Assembly (NCBI GenBank): GCA_045578865.1
Contig: JAZNLB010000017.1
Location: 24,054 to 88,053, forward strand
Length of the DNA: 64,000 nt
Direction: 5' to 3'
From: Clostridia bacterium
GTDB taxonomy: Bacteria; Bacillota; Clostridia; UBA1381; UMGS1253
Shown: one piece after another, positions 48,845-56,902 of the stretch
How positions within the stretch are numbered: position 1 is the first letter of the stretch
How the letters are laid out: each line of letters starts with the position of its first letter
Notes under the pieces: generated by a model
Database searches by the model: none
What the model was told of the DNA's origin: nothing
What the model saw: only the letters and a program-made list of their open reading frames with translations
Translations under genes and position numbers: made by a program

Positions 48845-48987
48845 TTTGCAATGAAGCGCTTTGTTTGCTACTATTTAATTTTATGTATGACTATCCTGGG
48901 TTTATCGGCGTGTGCACCGCAGGAACCCACAGCGGATGTGTATGCAATACAGCTTGGTGACACGGAAAAGCAAGTGGTAGAAAAGGC
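48832..48987 (+). repeat. Copy 2 of the duplicated 5' cassette
   Basis: See 47750-47905. Downstream of about codon 45 the two genes diverge strongly at the nucleotide level. Confidence 0.85.
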
Positions 48988-49408
48988 GGGAAAACCACAT
49001 TACAAACTGGGCCTTGGCTATGACATCTTTGGTTATTTAGTCAATCAACTCGAAGCAGAGGAGAAGTTCATTTGGATTCGTGATAACAAAGTTGTCATGA
49101 TGGCAACTTGTATAAATCTCGAGTTTTTAGAGTGGGAAATTGATGATTCCTATGTATTTGAACCCATAAAACAACCCAAGGATATTTCGGTGTGGGAACC
49201 CGGACTGGACTTGTTTGATATTATCGGTTATTTCGGTCCGGAGTTTTCATATGATCATGGTTTGCCAACAAGTTTTCTTACATATGAACTTGCGGATGGC
49301 GGGAGTTTGAAAATAAGATTTTGGTCTGATTTAATTCGAGATGCAATTTACATTGAAAAAGACGGCACCGAAACTGTGCTGTGGGACCTAGACAACTATA
49401 CGCATTAA
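48851..49408 (+). CDS. Lipoprotein, paralogue B (candidate immunity/inhibitor protein)
   Basis: It starts MKRFVCYYLILCMTILGLSACAPQEPTADVYAIQLGDTEKQV. It is collinear with paralogue A along its whole length, but the body is divergent. Confidence 0.7.
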   Translation: MKRFVCYYLILCMTILGLSACAPQEPTADVYAIQLGDTEKQVVEKAGKPHYKLGLGYDIFGYLVNQLEAEEKFIWIRDNKVVMMATCINLEFLEWEIDDSYVFEPIKQPKDISVWEPGLDLFDIIGYFGPEFSYDHGLPTSFLTYELADGGSLKIRFWSDLIRDAIYIEKDGTETVLWDLDNYTH

Positions 49409-49411
49409 AGT

Positions 49412-49446
49412 AAAGAGGCAGTTTGAGTAAACTGCCTCTTTTTTTA
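49412..49446 (+). terminator. Terminator of the islet operon
   Basis: aaagaggcagttt-gagt-aaactgcctcttt followed by TTTTT. Confidence 0.85.
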
Positions 49447-49508
49447 TAAATTGCAACCTTGTTTGCATGAAATGGCGGTATTTAAATTGAAAATGCAAAT
49501 TACAGAAT

Positions 49509-49528
49509 TCATGCCGAAGGCAAATCAT
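49509..49528 (+). repeat. Right direct repeat bracketing the AT-rich islet
   Basis: tcatgccgaaggcaaatcat; see 46374-46394. Confidence 0.8.
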
Positions 49529-49616
49529 ATGTTTCACTCTGAACAATAAATCAAAAAACAGGTATACCGAAATCACACGAGTTTGTTAAAATTTGCAATG
49601 GATGCACACAACACAC

Positions 49617-49654
49617 AAAAGGGATGTAAATTAAAAAATTTACATCCCTTTTTT
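49617..49654. terminator. Bidirectional terminator, GGATGTAAA hairpin family copy 2
   Basis: aaaagggatgtaaatt-aaaa-aatttacatcccttttt lies directly after the stop of the DUF1846 gene. Confidence 0.8.
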
Positions 49655-49655
49655 C

Positions 49656-51122
49656 TTATTTATAGGTTGCCTCGCATGTTAAATGCATGCCGAGTTTTTT
49701 AAACACACGCTCGTCCACCGGCGACAAAAGTACAGTAGAATGTGCTTGCGCGTCACGCAGAGCGGAAAGCCCTTCCAATGCTTTTTTCGCAACGGCATCA
49801 CTTGCCGCGCAAATCGAAAGCGCAATTAAGGTTTCGTCCATGTGCAAACGCGGATTTTTACTGCCGAAATGGTTGAGCTTCAATCCTTGTAACGGCTCAA
49901 TAACCTCAGGCGAAATTAAGTGGATTTCATCGGCAATACCGGTAACCTCTTTGAGCGCATTTAAAAGTGCCGCACTCGATGCACCGAGCAAATCGGAGGT
50001 CTTTCCCGTCACCATACGCCCATCCGATAACTGAATGGCGCAAGCCGTATGTCCCGTATGCTTCGATTTTTCCAGTGCTGCGCCGACAACCGCACGATGC
50101 TGTGCGTCCACACCCGCCTGCTTCATAATCAGTTGCATCTTCAAAAGGACATCTTCGTCACACTTGCCATTCATTTTGTCTTTTAATACCTGATAGTAAC
50201 GGCGCACGATTTCCTCTTTCGATGCCTGAACACAAACCGCATCATTCACAATGCAGTTGCCCGCCATATTCACGCCCATATCCGTCGGCGATTTATACGG
50301 ACTTTCGCCCAAAATTTTACCCAGAATCGCATTGAGCACAGGGAACACTTCGATATCTCGGTTATAGTTAACCGCCATTTCGCCATGCGCTTCCAGATGG
50401 AACGGGTCTATCATATTTACATCATTTAAATCCACCGTTGCCGCCTCGTAGGCGAGGTTAACATGGTGCTTTAAAGGCAAATTCCAGATCGGGAAGGTTT
50501 CAAATTTTGCATAACCGGCTTTGATGCCTCGTTTGTTTTCGTGATAAAGTTGGGAAAGGCAAGTCGCCATTTTGCCGCTGCCCGGACCCGGTGCGGTTAC
50601 AACTACAATTTGTTTTTCCGTTTCAATATAATCGTTTTTACCAAAGCCCTCATCGCTCACGATATATTCTACATTCGATGGATACCCCGGAATCGGATAG
50701 TGCAAAAACACCTTGATACCCATATTTTCCAGACGCTTTTTAAATGTGTCCGCCGCCGGCTGCCCGCTATACTGCGTAATTACAATGCTGCCGACCAAAA
50801 GCCCCAAATCACGGAAGGCATTGATTAAACGGATGGTGTCCAAATCATAGGTGAGGTTGTGGTTGCTGTTGACTTTGTTTTTTACGATGTCAATGGCGCT
50901 GATGGCAATCACGATTTCGAGTTTGTCTTTTAAAGACATCAACATCTTGATCTTACTGTCCGGCTCAAAACCCGGCAGCACACGGGAGGCGTGATGGTCG
51001 TCAAAAAGTTTGCCGCCAAGCTCTAAATACAACTTGTCGCCAAATTCCAATACGCGCTCGCCGATATATTTCGACTGCATCTGTATATACTTTTCATTAT
51101 CAAAGCCAATTTTCCCAATCAT
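49656..51122 (-). CDS. DUF1846 / UPF0371 family protein, function unknown
   Basis: 488 aa. GFDNEKYIQMQS..I.ER...F.DKLYLELGGKLFDDHHASRVLPGF is the family's typical N-terminus as I remember it. Confidence 0.8.
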   Translation of the reverse strand: MIGKIGFDNEKYIQMQSKYIGERVLEFGDKLYLELGGKLFDDHHASRVLPGFEPDSKIKMLMSLKDKLEIVIAISAIDIVKNKVNSNHNLTYDLDTIRLINAFRDLGLLVGSIVITQYSGQPAADTFKKRLENMGIKVFLHYPIPGYPSNVEYIVSDEGFGKNDYIETEKQIVVVTAPGPGSGKMATCLSQLYHENKRGIKAGYAKFETFPIWNLPLKHHVNLAYEAATVDLNDVNMIDPFHLEAHGEMAVNYNRDIEVFPVLNAILGKILGESPYKSPTDMGVNMAGNCIVNDAVCVQASKEEIVRRYYQVLKDKMNGKCDEDVLLKMQLIMKQAGVDAQHRAVVGAALEKSKHTGHTACAIQLSDGRMVTGKTSDLLGASSAALLNALKEVTGIADEIHLISPEVIEPLQGLKLNHFGSKNPRLHMDETLIALSICAASDAVAKKALEGLSALRDAQAHSTVLLSPVDERVFKKLGMHLTCEATYK

Positions 51123-51193
51123 AATGCAACAACCCCCCAGTACCTTCTTATTATACTACTGATTTTTTCCGATTTCAACCCAAATTATTACAA

Positions 51194-51231
51194 AACCGCA
51201 GGGAAGGCAAATCTTTGCCTTCCCTGCGGTT
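51194..51231 (-). terminator. Terminator after the radical SAM gene
   Basis: aaccgcagggaaggcaa-atc-ttgccttccctgcggtt, followed on the minus strand by TTTTGTAAT. Confidence 0.8.
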
Positions 51232-51858
51232 TTAATTTTCTACAAAGTGTCTCACGCGCAGGGTACAACCCACTTGCGCGGCAAGTTTTCTGCAACGCTC
51301 AATATCCTCATCCGGCATAATATCCACGATGCTTAAAAGTACCTGTGGCACATGCTTTGTTGCCAGGCGTGCAAAATCCAGCATATAATCAAAGCCGCTC
51401 TCTCCATAACAACACTTGCAAATCTCATTGTACGATTTTGCATCGGGGGCATTCAAACTGATGGACAAAGTATCAATCACGCCCGCAAGTCGCGGCGTAA
51501 TATCCGCTTTATAAATGGCATTTGCATGCCCATTAGTATTGATACGCACACTGCAAGTATGATTTGCTTTTACATAGGTCGCAATTTCCAAAAGCGTGTC
51601 TAGACGCATTGTCGGCTCGCCGTAACCGCAAAATACCAGCTCTTTGTAACTGTCCACATCAAAACGCTCCAGCGCCGAAATCACCTCTGCCGCTGTCGGC
51701 TCATGGTCAAGCCACAAATCCGCATCGCCACCGACACCGTTTTCGTTGTTGCGGATACAAAATGTACAACGGTTGGTGCATTTGTTTGTTAAGTTTACAT
51801 ACAAAAAACCTTCGTGATTTTCCTCTGCAAAATATTCATATACATATACATTTGCCAT
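51232..51858 (-). CDS. Small radical SAM protein (TatD-family-associated type, TIGR04038-like)
   Basis: The motif CTNRCTFC (CX3CX2C) lies at residues 27-34. At 208 aa it is the size of an activase. The start is 2 nt after the UPF0210 stop. Confidence 0.75.
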   Translation of the reverse strand: MANVYVYEYFAEENHEGFLYVNLTNKCTNRCTFCIRNNENGVGGDADLWLDHEPTAAEVISALERFDVDSYKELVFCGYGEPTMRLDTLLEIATYVKANHTCSVRINTNGHANAIYKADITPRLAGVIDTLSISLNAPDAKSYNEICKCCYGESGFDYMLDFARLATKHVPQVLLSIVDIMPDEDIERCRKLAAQVGCTLRVRHFVEN

Positions 51859-51860
51859 AA

Positions 51861-53225
51861 TCAGTTCCTCAAGCTATGCAGCGGTGCCGGAATGCGTCCG
51901 CCACGATTTACAAATCCTTCCGAGCCGTACGGGTTGACCGATTGTACCGGACCACTGCCTAAAAGACCGCCGAACTCTACCGTGTCACCAACTTTTTTGT
52001 CCGGCGCAGGAATTATACGCACCGCCGTCGTTTTGTTGTTTACAACGCCGATGGCAGACTCATCTGCAATAATTGCTGAAATTGTCGCCGCACTCGTTTC
52101 GCCCGGCACAACAATCATATCTAGACCAACCGAGCATACGCATGTCATTGCTTCAAGTTTTTCCAAGGTAAGCGCACCGCATTTTACTGCCGCGATCATA
52201 CCTGCATCCTCGCTGACCGGAATAAACGCACCCGAAAGACCTCCGACATAGCCCGATGCCATAACGCCGCCTTTTTTAACCGCATCATTGAGCATCGCAA
52301 GCGCAGCAGTGGTGCCGTGCGTTCCGCACTTTTCCACGCCCATTTCTTCCAAAATATAAGCCACCGAGTCGCCAACCGCCGGCGTCGGTGCCAAAGACAA
52401 ATCCACAATGCCGTACGGTACACTCAGACGCCTGGAAGCCTCCTGCGCTACAAGTTGTCCCATACGGGTGATTTTAAATGCTGTCTTTTTGATGGTTTCC
52501 GCCACCAGACCGAAATCTGCCTGCGGACCGATTTTCTCAAGTGCACATTTTACAACACCCGGGCCGCTTACGCCGACATTGATAACACACTCGCCCTCGC
52601 CGATACCGTGAAACGCACCCGCCATAAACGGATTATCCTCTACGGCGTTGGCGAATACAACCAGTTTCGCACACGCAAAACCGCCGCTGTCCTTGGTTAA
52701 CTCTGCCGCTTCCTTTATAATCTCACCCATCTGCTTTACAGCATCCATATTGATGCCCGCACGCGTGGTTGCCACATTGACAGATGCACACACTCTCTGC
52801 GTACGCGCGAGTGCTTGCCCAATGGATTTGATGAGCATTTCATCTCCCTTGGTATAGTGCTTATGTACCAATGCGCTGTAACCGCCGATAAAGTTTACGC
52901 CAGTAGCAATCGCTGCGCGGTCTAACGCCTCTGCAATCTTTACGCAGTCCTCCACGGAATTTGCATGCTCACACAAAATCGAAATCGGTGTAACAGAGAT
53001 ACGCTTGTTGATAATCGGAATACCATACTCCATTTCAATCTCTTCGCCTACACGCACCAAATCTTTTGCATAGGTGGTAATCTTGGTATACACCTTTTCG
53101 CACATTTTATCTATATCCGGATCGGAGCAGTCACGCAGAGAAATACCCATTGTAATGGTACGAATATCCAGATGCTCACGGTCGAGCATTTTTATAGTTT
53201 CTATAATCTCAAAAGGATTTAACAT
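51861..53225 (-). CDS. UPF0210 / DUF711 family protein (annotated in databases as 'PFL family protein'), function unknown
   Basis: 454 aa. The start [30 protein letters not shown] and the end [13 protein letters not shown] are characteristic of the family as I remember it. Confidence 0.8.
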   Translation of the reverse strand: MLNPFEIIETIKMLDREHLDIRTITMGISLRDCSDPDIDKMCEKVYTKITTYAKDLVRVGEEIEMEYGIPIINKRISVTPISILCEHANSVEDCVKIAEALDRAAIATGVNFIGGYSALVHKHYTKGDEMLIKSIGQALARTQRVCASVNVATTRAGINMDAVKQMGEIIKEAAELTKDSGGFACAKLVVFANAVEDNPFMAGAFHGIGEGECVINVGVSGPGVVKCALEKIGPQADFGLVAETIKKTAFKITRMGQLVAQEASRRLSVPYGIVDLSLAPTPAVGDSVAYILEEMGVEKCGTHGTTAALAMLNDAVKKGGVMASGYVGGLSGAFIPVSEDAGMIAAVKCGALTLEKLEAMTCVCSVGLDMIVVPGETSAATISAIIADESAIGVVNNKTTAVRIIPAPDKKVGDTVEFGGLLGSGPVQSVNPYGSEGFVNRGGRIPAPLHSLRN

Positions 53226-53237
53226 TGTTTTCTCTCC

Positions 53238-53507
53238 TTAAATTCTGTGCATGGAATTGAAGATGTCCTCATGTTGAATACGGATGGAAACGCCGAGTTC
53301 GGCGCCGATTTCATCGAGCGCTTTGGACACTTCGCCAAACGGTACTTTCGCCGCACTGACATCCACAAGCATAACCATGGTAAAAATTTTTTCCATAATG
53401 GTCTGTGAAATATCGAGGATGTTTACATTCGCCTTTGCAAGCACATTTGTAACGGCCGCAATAATACCGATTCTATCAGAACCAAGAACTGTAATCACTG
53501 CTTTCAT
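53238..53507 (-). CDS. ACT domain protein (UPF0237)
   Basis: MKAVITVLGSDRIGIIAAVTNVLAKANVNILDISQT. ATG 53507 follows GAGGTGA. It is the usual partner of UPF0210. Confidence 0.85.
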   Translation of the reverse strand: MKAVITVLGSDRIGIIAAVTNVLAKANVNILDISQTIMEKIFTMVMLVDVSAAKVPFGEVSKALDEIGAELGVSIRIQHEDIFNSMHRI

Positions 53508-53533
53508 TTTTGTCACCTCATTGTTATATGTAA

Positions 53534-53557
53534 GAAAAACCGATACGCATCATCGGT
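53534..53557 (-). terminator. Short terminator/attenuator-like hairpin about 20 nt upstream of the ACT gene RBS
   Basis: On the minus strand, accgat-gatgcgt-atcggt is followed by TTTTTC. The stem is only 6 bp, so it is weak. Confidence 0.35.
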
Positions 53558-53600
53558 ATTTCTTTAGATGTAAATATTTCTTTCCTGCCGCCTGCAACAA

Positions 53601-53690
53601 GTGAAAATTTAGATGAAGTGCAAGGCGACTTTTGCGCCCTAATACGCGTGTATACTCCATTAAAACAACGATGTTTTCTCCGAATTCGCC
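53601..53690. repeat. Leader repeat copy A
   Basis: The 55-nt core at 53601-53655 matches 53704-53758 at 48 of 55 positions. A shared ..aacaacga..ttcgcc tail follows. Confidence 0.8.
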
Positions 53691-53703
53691 TTGTCTGCTA
53701 AAA

Positions 53704-53791
53704 GTGGAAATTTGGATGAAGTGCGAGGCGGCTTTTGTGGCGTAATACGCGTGTATACGCCACAAAAACAACGAAGCAATTCGCCAAATTT
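53704..53791. repeat. Leader repeat copy B, foldable into an imperfect hairpin of about 84 nt
   Basis: The inner 12-bp stem is ttttgtggcgta / tacgccacaaaa (53733-53767). The outer 8-bp stem is aaatttgg / ccaaattt (53708-53715 / 53784-53791). Confidence 0.75.
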
Positions 53792-53796
53792 ACCTT

Positions 53797-55572
53797 TTAG
53801 ATGCCGTCAGGGATTTGAAGTTCATCATATATCTCCTGTGCACTGCCGGCATCTCCTTCGATGATGACAACATCGCCGCTGGTGGCGGCAGACGGGTCGG
53901 TTATGGTCGGAATGCTCGGGTCAAGAGGTGCGTTCGGGTCTGCGAGCGCAGGGCCAACACGCAAGATGCGATTCACCATGCGGTAGACACTCTTGTGGAG
54001 GAGTTTGTTGGAAATTTCTTTGCCGTTTTCGGTAATCTTTTTGTAGGTGTTGACGATAGCGCCGTTAAATCCTTCGCCATCTTGAATCTCCGTACCCGGC
54101 TCTAAGTTTTCATCATTTATAATGGTGGTACCATACGGGGTATAACTGATGCGGTCGCAGATGATTTCCACTTTCTTATTCGGATTGGTGTTTGTGCCGA
54201 GAATCTGCACATCCACTTTGCCTGCCGCCGCTTTTGTTACGATTTTCACCGGAGCATCGGTGTTGTTTTTGAAACGGAAGTCCAAAGAACCGTAGGCTAC
54301 GGTTGCATCCATACCGAGCGGGGCATAGTGTACCTCCAACATATGCTCATGGCGCTCCGTCACCTCTAAATCCGCATAAAGCACAGCGGCGTAAATGGTC
54401 GAACTCGTCTGACAGATACCGCCGCCGAGACCGTCAACCATTTTATTGTTTTCGTATACGGATGCTGCCTTGAAGCCACGCTCATAGGTGCGCTCTCCGA
54501 CAATTTTGTTATAGGAAAACTCATCGCCCGGGAGCAGAATTGTGCCGTCTACGAATTTCGCAGAAAGTTCTACATTGTTTGAGCGCGGACGATTCGAAGT
54601 CGCATACTTGGTTTGATATTTGCCGAGCACATCTGCAAACAGCGTTTTACTGATATCCTCTGCCTTGATCTGCGGCTGGGTAAGCATGAGCGCAATCGTT
54701 ACCGGCTCACTGTCTGCACCAAAGCCCGCCAAAGCGCGCGCAGCCTCATTTTTATCAAAGTCTTTCCCGATAATTTCAGGCGTGATAATTACCTCTTTGC
54801 CTTCGATGGAGTAGTGTGCATCTGCAGGCTCGCAATGCACCGATGCATATAACTCTTCAATATCAATCTGCGCCGGCTGGGTTTTTACCATGGAAAGTTT
54901 ATAACTGCCCCCGCCATTTACAATGGCTTCTTCAAAATATTTTCGCATCTGCTCATACTCTACACCCGTACCTGCGCTGCCGGCACTGATGCGGATTTGT
55001 GCATCCTCTACTTTCACTTCGTGCTGCTTTAAACTGCCGCCGCACTGCTCGGAAAGCGCAACCGAAATATCGGAGAGCGCCAGTCGGTCATAGGTGTATA
55101 CCGGCACAATGTCTTTGCCGGAAAACAGCGAGGTAAACGCGGAAAACAAATTGCTTCTGCCGTGTACCGCCGCTTTGTGCGCCGTCTTTTCCACATCCAC
55201 CTGCAAAGACACATCCTGCGCCGTCACGGTTTTGGTTACACCCTCACAGGTGTAGGTCACGGCAAATGTTTTTAATGTGCTCCCTTCGGCAAGCAAACTT
55301 GCAATTTCCTGCTGTGTTTTACCGCCAACCTCTATGCCCATTACCGTAATACCGTCTTTGGATAAGTTGCGGTTGCCCGCATACATCGTCACGCTCGACA
55401 CCGCTAAAAAGAGCACCAAAATTACTGCTACAATGCCGCCGACAAGCAACCCTGTCTTCTGCGATGCAGCCGCCTCCTTTTTCGCGCTTTTTTGCACCTT
55501 TGTATTTTCACCTGCCGCCGCGCGCTTTCTGCGCGGAGAGGTATTTCTTCTGTCTGAATTTCTTTCAGCCAC
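53797..55572 (-). CDS. VanW family protein (membrane-anchored, cell-envelope associated)
   Basis: It has a basic N-terminal tail, one TM segment and the VanW core GGGICQTSSTIYAAVLYADLEV. Confidence 0.8.
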   Translation of the reverse strand: MAERNSDRRNTSPRRKRAAAGENTKVQKSAKKEAAASQKTGLLVGGIVAVILVLFLAVSSVTMYAGNRNLSKDGITVMGIEVGGKTQQEIASLLAEGSTLKTFAVTYTCEGVTKTVTAQDVSLQVDVEKTAHKAAVHGRSNLFSAFTSLFSGKDIVPVYTYDRLALSDISVALSEQCGGSLKQHEVKVEDAQIRISAGSAGTGVEYEQMRKYFEEAIVNGGGSYKLSMVKTQPAQIDIEELYASVHCEPADAHYSIEGKEVIITPEIIGKDFDKNEAARALAGFGADSEPVTIALMLTQPQIKAEDISKTLFADVLGKYQTKYATSNRPRSNNVELSAKFVDGTILLPGDEFSYNKIVGERTYERGFKAASVYENNKMVDGLGGGICQTSSTIYAAVLYADLEVTERHEHMLEVHYAPLGMDATVAYGSLDFRFKNNTDAPVKIVTKAAAGKVDVQILGTNTNPNKKVEIICDRISYTPYGTTIINDENLEPGTEIQDGEGFNGAIVNTYKKITENGKEISNKLLHKSVYRMVNRILRVGPALADPNAPLDPSIPTITDPSAATSGDVVIIEGDAGSAQEIYDELQIPDGI

Positions 55573-55880
55573 GCTTATTCTCCTTTTTGCCTTTTATTTA
55601 TAAACACATATCTAGGCTACCTTTAATTTTACTACATTTAAAGTCCCTTTGTAAAGCGGATTACCTAACAAAAAGATTACAATTTCAGTCTGTTTTATAG
55701 GCATTTTTTCCATTGCAGGCATAAATTATGAGATTTCGGATAAAATATTATTAACATCCTTGTAATAATTTTTTCTCGCAAAATGTAAATACTTTTATTT
55801 GTTTTTGTTAAAAACGGCCTTGCTATGCGCTCAATTGTCATTTCTTTATGTTTAATTATTACAAAATTATTAAAAAAGTA

Positions 55881-55909
55881 TTGACAAATATGCCGGCTGC
55901 CGTTAAAAT
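55881..55909 (+). promoter_or_regulatory. Sigma-A promoter TTGACA-17 nt-TAAAAT
   Basis: ttgaca aatatgccggctgccgt taaaat lies about 24 nt upstream of ATG 55933. Confidence 0.65.
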
Positions 55910-55932
55910 AATGCAACGAGGAGATGAAAATC

Positions 55933-56790
55933 ATGAACGCTGTAAAGAAATTCTTTCAGCCGAGACCGAAACTGTTTGTAACCGTCGGACTTCTTGCATT
56001 TACAATCGCCCTGGCTGTAACCGCCTATTTTTATACGGTTGTTTTTGCATCAAGTGCACAAATTTCCATTTTAGACGGAAACAATGTCGTTTTGGTCAAC
56101 ACCTCACAAACAAATGTGCAGGCCATTTTGGATGAAGCGGATATCAAATTAAACCCATTCGATACCGTAACACCTGCGCCAAACGAATCTGTTTTTGAAA
56201 ACGGTCAAATTGTAATTACAAGAGTTGTATATGAAAAGGTTTTAGAAGAAATTCCGATTCCCTATGCAACCGATGAGGTGAAATCGGCTGCCCTGCTTTG
56301 GGGCGAACGCGCGGTGGCGACCGCCGGCATCAATGGTGCCGAAACCGCAACATACTCCGTTAAGAAAATTAACGGTGCCGAAACAGAACGCACAGAGATT
56401 TTTCGCGAAGTTACGCGCAAGCCCGTTACTGAGGTCGTACATGTCGGCACAAAGGTAAACGCCGCGGCCTTAAAAGCATCCGGCGCTAGATACATTACCT
56501 GTACGGCAACTGCCTACGACGGCTCGTATCAGACGCTCGGCTACCACAACCCAAAAACCGCGCTCGGCAAAACACCGACGGTCGGCACGGTTGCAGTAGA
56601 CCCACGCGTCATACCGCTTGGCACAAAACTCTACATTGAAACCGCCGACGGCAGCTATATCTACGGCGAAAGTTTTGCCGGTGACACCGGAGGCGCTATC
56701 AAAGGCAATCGCGTAGATTTGTTTATGAGTTCGCGGGCAGAAGCGCTTGCTTTCGGCAGAAGACAGGTGAAAGTGTATATTTTAAATTGA
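55933..56790 (+). CDS. DUF348/G5/3D-domain cell-wall protein (YabE/RpfB-like)
   Basis: It has a TM anchor and a G5-like middle region. The C-terminal 3D domain is TATAYDGS...VAVDPRVIPLGTKLYIE...DTGGAIKGNRVDLF. Confidence 0.8.
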   Translation: MNAVKKFFQPRPKLFVTVGLLAFTIALAVTAYFYTVVFASSAQISILDGNNVVLVNTSQTNVQAILDEADIKLNPFDTVTPAPNESVFENGQIVITRVVYEKVLEEIPIPYATDEVKSAALLWGERAVATAGINGAETATYSVKKINGAETERTEIFREVTRKPVTEVVHVGTKVNAAALKASGARYITCTATAYDGSYQTLGYHNPKTALGKTPTVGTVAVDPRVIPLGTKLYIETADGSYIYGESFAGDTGGAIKGNRVDLFMSSRAEALAFGRRQVKVYILN

Positions 56791-56870
56791 AAATAGGAAG
56801 TGGAAGGTGAGGAAATGGGCATGTGCTGGGCACACACACTCGGCCGCTCTATATTCTTTCTGCTTCACTC

Positions 56871-56902
56871 AAAAAGGTGAACTCAATCGAGTTCACCTTT
56901 TT
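56871..56902. terminator. Bidirectional terminator overlapping the 3' end of the SSB-like gene
   Basis: aaaaaggtgaactc-aatc-gagttcaccttttt. Confidence 0.75.

Noticed and set aside
51205-51215. GAAGGCAAATC in the terminator at 51194-51231 as a third copy of the islet direct repeat.
   Set aside because: Only 11 nt are shared, and here they form part of a perfect terminator stem. This is most likely coincidence.
53550-53771. 73-aa ORF on the minus strand within the ACT-gene leader.
   Set aside because: It is created by the tandem repeat, and its two halves are repeat-derived. It has no RBS. I treat the region as non-coding.
53601-53791. Possible CRISPR array or glycine-type tandem riboswitch.
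   Set aside because: There are only two copies, with a 103-nt period, and no cas genes. No match to the glycine, ZTP or T-box consensus elements I know was found. It is kept as an unexplained repeat instead.
55573-55932. c-di-AMP (ydaO-type) riboswitch upstream of the 3D-domain cell-wall gene.
   Set aside because: The consensus promoter at 55881-55909 leaves a leader of only about 20 nt. No conserved ydaO-like blocks were seen.
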